Source: an uncultured Brachyspira sp.
GTDB taxonomy: Bacteria; Spirochaetota; JAAYUW01
Length of the DNA stretch: 64,000 nucleotides
NCBI GenBank assembly: GCA_964454835.1
Contig: CAYVTU010000009.1
Span: 8,817 to 72,816 of the forward strand
Direction of reading: 5' to 3'
Under the pieces are notes generated by a model that saw only the letters and a program-made list of their open reading frames with translations, was not told the origin of the DNA and did not search any database. Position numbers and translations under genes: made by a program. Below are positions 59,152-64,000 of this stretch, one piece after another (the first letter of the stretch is position 1; every line of letters begins with the position of its first letter).

Positions 59152-60728
59152 CAGAAAAAATAAGTATAGAATTCATTACAATCATTACATAAATTCAAAT
59201 GTTGATTATCACAGTGCTGTTTATAAAAATTCTTCATTGTATCAATAATTATATCTATATTATCATCTATATTAAGGTTAATAGTCTGACCATTATAATC
59301 TGAATAACATAAAGCGATTTTACCATCTGATAAAATAAATATTTCTCTTCTTAAATGGTAACATGGAAACCTTTTTACCGGTGTTAAATCAGCAACTTCA
59401 AGATTATCAAGTTTTTTAGAATATGAATTATATTTTCTAAATATTATATTTTTTTCATATTTTTGAAAATATGAATAAAATGATTCTATCTCATCATCAT
59501 TTTGAGGAATTCTCAAATATGATATAAAAACATTCTCAGGATATTTATCTAGTAAAGAAATTATTGTTTTATTAAGTAAAGGTAAAATCATCTTTTTACC
59601 TAGATTTTTATATGTATCTTCATTATATGCATCAATACTGACTACTAAAAAGATATTGTGAGAATTTTTAAACTGATTATAAAAATCAGGGGATAAAAAT
59701 GACCCATTAGTTTCAATATAAACTTTATTGTTTTCTGATAAAAATTCAATTATTTCGTTGAAATCTTTATGCATTAGTGGTTCACCAAAACCACCCACAA
59801 TAAATACAGAATCATTGAAAAAAATTCTATTTTTATTAATAAAATTAAATAAACTACTCTTGTTTATGAACTCAGAATCTCTTTTTAAACCTTTGGGATA
59901 TGGACAATGAATACATGAAAAATTACATTTGCTGGAAAGTTCAATAATATATGTTTTGGGAATAGTATATAAAATTTCTAATCGCGATATTTTACTTTCA
60001 ATCTCTTCCCATTCTATATTTTTAAACTGGTAAATATTAAAAAAATCAAGTGTAGAAATTGAATTAATTAATTCAACGTAATTTTCATTTTTAATATATT
60101 TTTCTTCCTTGAAAAATAATGCTATTAATGGTAAAGATGAAAAATCAGAAAGAGAAAGAGAAATTCTATACGGAAGATAGTAATCAAGACCTTCAATTAA
60201 ATCTATATCAAACATGCTGATATTTCTTAAAAGAATATCAAAAATCAGATTATGATGATAATAGTCTTTTTCATTTGATAATTTGATTAATTCTTCTAAA
60301 ATAGTATTTCGGAAAACTTCTCCTACAATTCCCTCTGGAAAATTTTCTCCATAATAATAATCTGTTAGATATTTTTCAGAATCTTCAATAATAAACTTGT
60401 TTTTTGAGATTGAAAATAAAGGATAAGATGCAGATAAAAGTAAAGTATAACTATTGTCAGATTGTATGTTTTCTTCAACAATTCTTTTATTATAGGACTC
60501 CAAAAAAGATTTTACTGATTTTGAATAATATATATAATTTGAAAAAGAGAAATTATCCTTTATTAAATCAAGATACTCTTGTTCTATTGCAAGATATACA
60601 TTTAAATCACAATCTTTTAAAAAGGAGTCAATTTTTTTTTGCAAGAATGAAAAATAATTTTTTAATTGTTTTTCCTTGTACAATTTAAATAGCGATTCTT
60701 CAAAAAAAAGTACTAGATTATTATTCAT
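59151..60728 (-). CDS. Radical SAM enzyme with C-terminal SPASM/twitch-like Cys cluster and ~255-aa N-terminal extension
   Basis: CNFSCIHC (Cx3Cx2C) near residue 260 and GGFGEPLMH follow a ~255-aa N-terminal region with no recognised motifs. The C-terminal Cys-rich region reads CYHLRRE…DGKIALCYSDYNG…CDNQHLNLCNDCNEFY. Confidence 0.7.
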   Translation of the reverse strand: MNNNLVLFFEESLFKLYKEKQLKNYFSFLQKKIDSFLKDCDLNVYLAIEQEYLDLIKDNFSFSNYIYYSKSVKSFLESYNKRIVEENIQSDNSYTLLLSASYPLFSISKNKFIIEDSEKYLTDYYYGENFPEGIVGEVFRNTILEELIKLSNEKDYYHHNLIFDILLRNISMFDIDLIEGLDYYLPYRISLSLSDFSSLPLIALFFKEEKYIKNENYVELINSISTLDFFNIYQFKNIEWEEIESKISRLEILYTIPKTYIIELSSKCNFSCIHCPYPKGLKRDSEFINKSSLFNFINKNRIFFNDSVFIVGGFGEPLMHKDFNEIIEFLSENNKVYIETNGSFLSPDFYNQFKNSHNIFLVVSIDAYNEDTYKNLGKKMILPLLNKTIISLLDKYPENVFISYLRIPQNDDEIESFYSYFQKYEKNIIFRKYNSYSKKLDNLEVADLTPVKRFPCYHLRREIFILSDGKIALCYSDYNGQTINLNIDDNIDIIIDTMKNFYKQHCDNQHLNLCNDCNEFYTYFF

Positions 60729-60746
60729 TAATTGACCTACGATTTA

Positions 60747-61442
60747 TCATTTTATCTTAAATGTAACTTCCTCTATATCATCAGAACCAAAAGAAAGAAC
60801 ATCCCCTTTAACAATAGGACCAACCCCTTCACATGTACCGGTAAGAATAATATCTCCTGGTATCAATGTAAAGTGCTGCGAAATAAAGGAAATAAGTTTT
60901 GGGATAGAAAAAATCATGAATGATGAATCAGATTTTTGGACTATATTACCATTTTTTTTAAGATAGAATGGTTTTTTCATAAGTTTTTCAATATTATCAA
61001 AAGGAAGAATTCTTGAAATAGGACAACTGGTATCAAACCCTTTAGAAATTAACCATGGTCCACCATTCTTTTTAGCTTCTGTTTGTAAATCCCTACATGT
61101 CAAATCAAGAGCAATACCATAACCACCTATGAAATTTTTCACTTCGTTTTCTGATATGTTTTTAACCTTTTTTGAAATATAGATAGCAATTTCTACTTCA
61201 TGGTGAACAAGCTGAGAAAATTCAGGATAAATTATATCATCACCTTCTTCTATAATTGAGGTAGGTGGTTTTGAAAAAATTAGGGGTTTGCCAATATTTA
61301 TCGAGTTTAATTCTTCTATATGTTTTACATAATTTTGTCCAACACAATAGATTGTTGATACGGGTAAAAGCCTACCATCTGAACCATGTATGCATTTTTT
61401 TAAGTAGTATTCAGGTAAAATTTCGAAAAAATCTTTACCCAT
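60747..61442 (-). CDS. Fumarylacetoacetate hydrolase (FAH)-family protein
   Basis: 231 aa with FAH-fold motifs (IYCVGQNYVKH, HHEVEIAI, GTCEGVG). Confidence 0.7.
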   Translation of the reverse strand: MGKDFFEILPEYYLKKCIHGSDGRLLPVSTIYCVGQNYVKHIEELNSINIGKPLIFSKPPTSIIEEGDDIIYPEFSQLVHHEVEIAIYISKKVKNISENEVKNFIGGYGIALDLTCRDLQTEAKKNGGPWLISKGFDTSCPISRILPFDNIEKLMKKPFYLKKNGNIVQKSDSSFMIFSIPKLISFISQHFTLIPGDIILTGTCEGVGPIVKGDVLSFGSDDIEEVTFKIK

Positions 61443-61490
61443 AATTATCCTTTAATTAATTATTAAAAAATTAAACAAAAAGCTATTTTA

Positions 61491-62624
61491 TTATATCAAT
61501 TTCAAAAATGCTCTTCTTCTTTTATGCTGTCTTGCATCAAAATATTTCCAATGTCCCTGGACTTTTTCGTTTACTTCCAGTTCAGGATTTGATTCAGCTG
61601 AGATAATACCTGATTCAATTGCTGATTTAGATAGCTCATTCATCATTAAAGCATCAACTCCTTTTCCCTGATACTCTGGAAGAACTGCGCCAAGAAGCAA
61701 GTCTAAATATTTTGGTTTTAAAAGAGCTGAAAGTAGATATATAAAACCAAATGGGAACAATTTTCCTTTCGCTTTTTGTAGCGCTCTATTTAATGATGGC
61801 ATTCCTATTACCATACCGACTATATTATCATTTTCGTTAAAAACAAGTTTAACAAATTTTGGAGATAGAAATGAAAAATAAGATTTAATATAATATTGAA
61901 TCTGTTTTTCTGTTAATTCAGTCACACCATACAAATTCTTATATGCTTTTTCTATAACTTCAAATACTTCTTTCCCATATTTTTTTACCATTAAATTCAT
62001 GCTTTTTATTTCTTTAGTATGTAGTTTAAATCTTTCCATGACAATTCTAGAAAGTTTTTCTGCTTTTTCTGGTATCTGTTTTGGTACTTTTATTTCAAAT
62101 TCCACCCAATCAGCATCTTTCTTAAGCCCAAGTCTTTCATAATGATCTACATAGTATGGGTAATTATATAAAGTAGCCATAGTGCCAAGTTCTTCAAATC
62201 CTTCTATTAAAAGTCCTTCATAATCAAGATCTGAAAAACCTAGAGGTCCATTTAAACCAACCATACCTTTTGATTTTGCCCAATTGGTGACTTGATCGAA
62301 TAATGTTTTAGAAACATCATAATCATCTATAAAATCAAACCAACCAAATCTTGCGTATTTATTTCCCCATTTTTTTATATAATTATGTTGTATTATTCCT
62401 GCTATTCTTCCAACCATTTTATTTCCTTTCCAAGCAGTATAATATATAGATTCGCACACTTCAAATGCAGGATTAATATCTTTTCGCAAAGTATTTAATT
62501 CATCAAGAAAAAGAGGTGGTATCCAATATTTGTTTCCTTTATAAAGGTCAAATTCAAATTGAATAAATTGTTTTAATTCTTTAATTGTTTTAACTTCTCT
62601 AATTTCGATCTTTTTTTCTTCCAT
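61491..62624 (-). CDS. GNAT-fold / FemAB-like acyltransferase family protein (uncharacterised)
   Basis: 377-aa two-lobed protein with a C-terminal GNAT-like segment (…GAVLPEYQGKGVDALMMNEL…). Assignment is tentative. Confidence 0.35.
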   Translation of the reverse strand: MEEKKIEIREVKTIKELKQFIQFEFDLYKGNKYWIPPLFLDELNTLRKDINPAFEVCESIYYTAWKGNKMVGRIAGIIQHNYIKKWGNKYARFGWFDFIDDYDVSKTLFDQVTNWAKSKGMVGLNGPLGFSDLDYEGLLIEGFEELGTMATLYNYPYYVDHYERLGLKKDADWVEFEIKVPKQIPEKAEKLSRIVMERFKLHTKEIKSMNLMVKKYGKEVFEVIEKAYKNLYGVTELTEKQIQYYIKSYFSFLSPKFVKLVFNENDNIVGMVIGMPSLNRALQKAKGKLFPFGFIYLLSALLKPKYLDLLLGAVLPEYQGKGVDALMMNELSKSAIESGIISAESNPELEVNEKVQGHWKYFDARQHKRRRAFLKLI

Positions 62625-62692
62625 TATTTCCTCTTTTTTATCTTAGTATTTATCTAAAAATATAATTTTGGGATAATTAAAGAAATAAATAT

Positions 62693-64000
62693 TTATTTCC
62701 TTAATTCAAATCCTTTATTTTCCATAGATGAAACAATTTTCTTAATTATCTGTTGTGCATCTTCAGAGCTTAAAGTTTTTTCATAAGAATTTACAGTTAT
62801 ATTAAAGGCAACAGATTTTTTATTCTCTGGAAGGTTTGGACCTTGATAAATATCGAAAAGTTCAATTTTTCTAATGTTTTTATCAGCATTATTTATTATT
62901 TGAACAATATCTTGTATATATGACTTAACAGGCACCACAAATGCTAAATCAAATGTTATATTTGGGTACTTAGAAATTTGATAAAATTTTCTAATATTGC
63001 CTTTACATTTTATTAATAAATCTAAATAGGTACTAAATATAGATACTCTTTGTTTAATATCAAAATATTTAGCAATATCAGGATGAATTTCACCAAAAAT
63101 TCCGATTTTTGTATCATTATAAAATAAAACACCACTTTTATAAGGATGCAAAAATGAAGGAATATCGTTTGTTTTAATTTCAATGTCATATATATTAAAA
63201 AGATTACATAATTCAATTATAGCATCTCTTGAATCAAGAATCGATAAATTGTAATCTTTATATAATAAAGCCCCTGCTATTTCAACAGGTTCATTTACTG
63301 AACCATCTTCGTTTAGTAAAAAAACATGTTCAACTTCATATATTTTAAATTCATCAAAGTATCTCAAATTTGTGTTAACATTTTTCAATATATTAGGAAG
63401 CAAAGTTTTAGTCAAATATGGTTTTTCAGTATCCAAAGGGTTTTTGATTTTTACAAAAGGTTCACTAAAATTAAAAAGATTATTTAATTTTTCAGTAGAA
63501 AAAGGATAATTTAAAACTTCTGTAAAGTTTAAGTTATTTGATAAATATTCCTTAACTTTCCTTTTATAATTTGGTAATTCAATTTGAGGAGCTATATCGA
63601 GTTTTACACTTGGAGCTTCAGGTACTATATTATCATAGCCATATACTCTTCCTACTTCTTCTACAATATCTTCTGGTATTTTTATATCTTTTGTAGAGCG
63701 AAATGTAGGCACAGTAATATTTAATACTCCATTATTTAATGTAACATCAAATTCAAGTTTTTTTAATATATCTAAAATAACATTTTCTTGAATTGTTGTT
63801 CCAAGTCTTTTAATTATCAAGTCTACTGGCATAATTATCTTGTTTTTCTGTGGTTGTTTTTCAAAAACAATTTTTTGTCCCATTATTATGATTTTTGAAT
63901 CCAAATCATATAATATTTGAGCAAATTTTTGAATTGCAAGATTAACAAAAGAAGGATCAAGAGATTTTTCAAATCTATTTGATGCTTCTGTTCTTATACC
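62693..64000 (-). CDS. pheT: Phenylalanine--tRNA ligase beta subunit, C-terminal part (5' end lies outside the window)
   Basis: B5 and catalytic-like region VGRVYGYDNIVPEAP and a C-terminal ferredoxin-fold anticodon-binding domain. The frame is open from the TTG at 63904 through to position 64000, so the gene continues beyond the window. Confidence 0.8.
   Translation of the reverse strand, partial: GIRTEASNRFEKSLDPSFVNLAIQKFAQILYDLDSKIIIMGQKIVFEKQPQKNKIIMPVDLIIKRLGTTIQENVILDILKKLEFDVTLNNGVLNITVPTFRSTKDIKIPEDIVEEVGRVYGYDNIVPEAPSVKLDIAPQIELPNYKRKVKEYLSNNLNFTEVLNYPFSTEKLNNLFNFSEPFVKIKNPLDTEKPYLTKTLLPNILKNVNTNLRYFDEFKIYEVEHVFLLNEDGSVNEPVEIAGALLYKDYNLSILDSRDAIIELCNLFNIYDIEIKTNDIPSFLHPYKSGVLFYNDTKIGIFGEIHPDIAKYFDIKQRVSIFSTYLDLLIKCKGNIRKFYQISKYPNITFDLAFVVPVKSYIQDIVQIINNADKNIRKIELFDIYQGPNLPENKKSVAFNITVNSYEKTLSSEDAQQIIKKIVSSMENKGFELRK

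Noticed and set aside
59151-60728. Possibility that the radical-SAM/SPASM gene marks a RiPP cluster
   Set aside because: No co-oriented small precursor ORF, protease or transporter is adjacent. The neighbours are sugar-nucleotide-type enzymes.
1-64000. Search for mobile elements, prophage genes, restriction-modification, toxin-antitoxin or CRISPR-Cas
   Set aside because: No transposase, integrase, Cas, methyltransferase-endonuclease pairs or repeat-spacer arrays were recognisable. The window looks like core chromosome.

Overview
This 64 kb window comes from a very AT-rich chromosome of a diderm (LPS-producing) bacterium. GC content is roughly one quarter by eye. It is densely packed with housekeeping genes, with no CRISPR arrays, no rRNA/tRNA genes and no recognisable transposases or integrases.

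All calls rest on motif-level reading of the six-frame translations. No database search was possible.

Left half, + strand (1-33.5 kb), gene order:
- a ClpC/ClpA-like AAA+ ATPase, truncated at the window edge
- a large TPR protein followed by an aromatic-rich putative outer-membrane protein
- exbB, then two tandem TlyC/CorC-type CBS proteins and a short RNase R/II-family enzyme, then exbD-tonB
- the outer-membrane/LPS block bamA-skp-lpxD-lpxA-ruvX-lpxC
- a DinG-family helicase with an N-terminal JAMM/RadC-like domain
- a HEAT-repeat protein
- recA-dapB-folK-panB-panC, then rpsA
- a GAF-sigma54 activator, then a CHASE2 class-III nucleotide cyclase

Right half, almost entirely - strand (38.9-64 kb), as read left to right:
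- TPR and LysM proteins, then alr-yigZ-tsaC
- HD and TraB proteins, tgt, gatB, an HpcH-like protein, mutS2, cvpA, ftsY
- a spirochete-type FlaA-like flagellar sheath protein with a strong intrinsic terminator
- a cell-wall amidase
- a five-gene sugar-modification-like cluster: an SpsG/PseG-like glycosyltransferase fused to a methyltransferase, an SpsF-like cytidylyltransferase, a radical-SAM/SPASM enzyme with a long N-terminal extension, an FAH-family enzyme, and a GNAT/Fem-like protein
- the 3' part of pheT, truncated at the window edge

The two gene-orientation blocks converge on a 28-bp sequence at 38778-38805. It closely matches Firmicute-type dif (XerCD) sites, so the window probably spans the replication terminus.

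The most novel-looking candidate system is the FlaA-adjacent glycan-modification cluster. It may be a flagellin or LOS glycosylation pathway of unusual composition.

The FlaA-like protein suggests a spirochete-like organism, but this is tentative.
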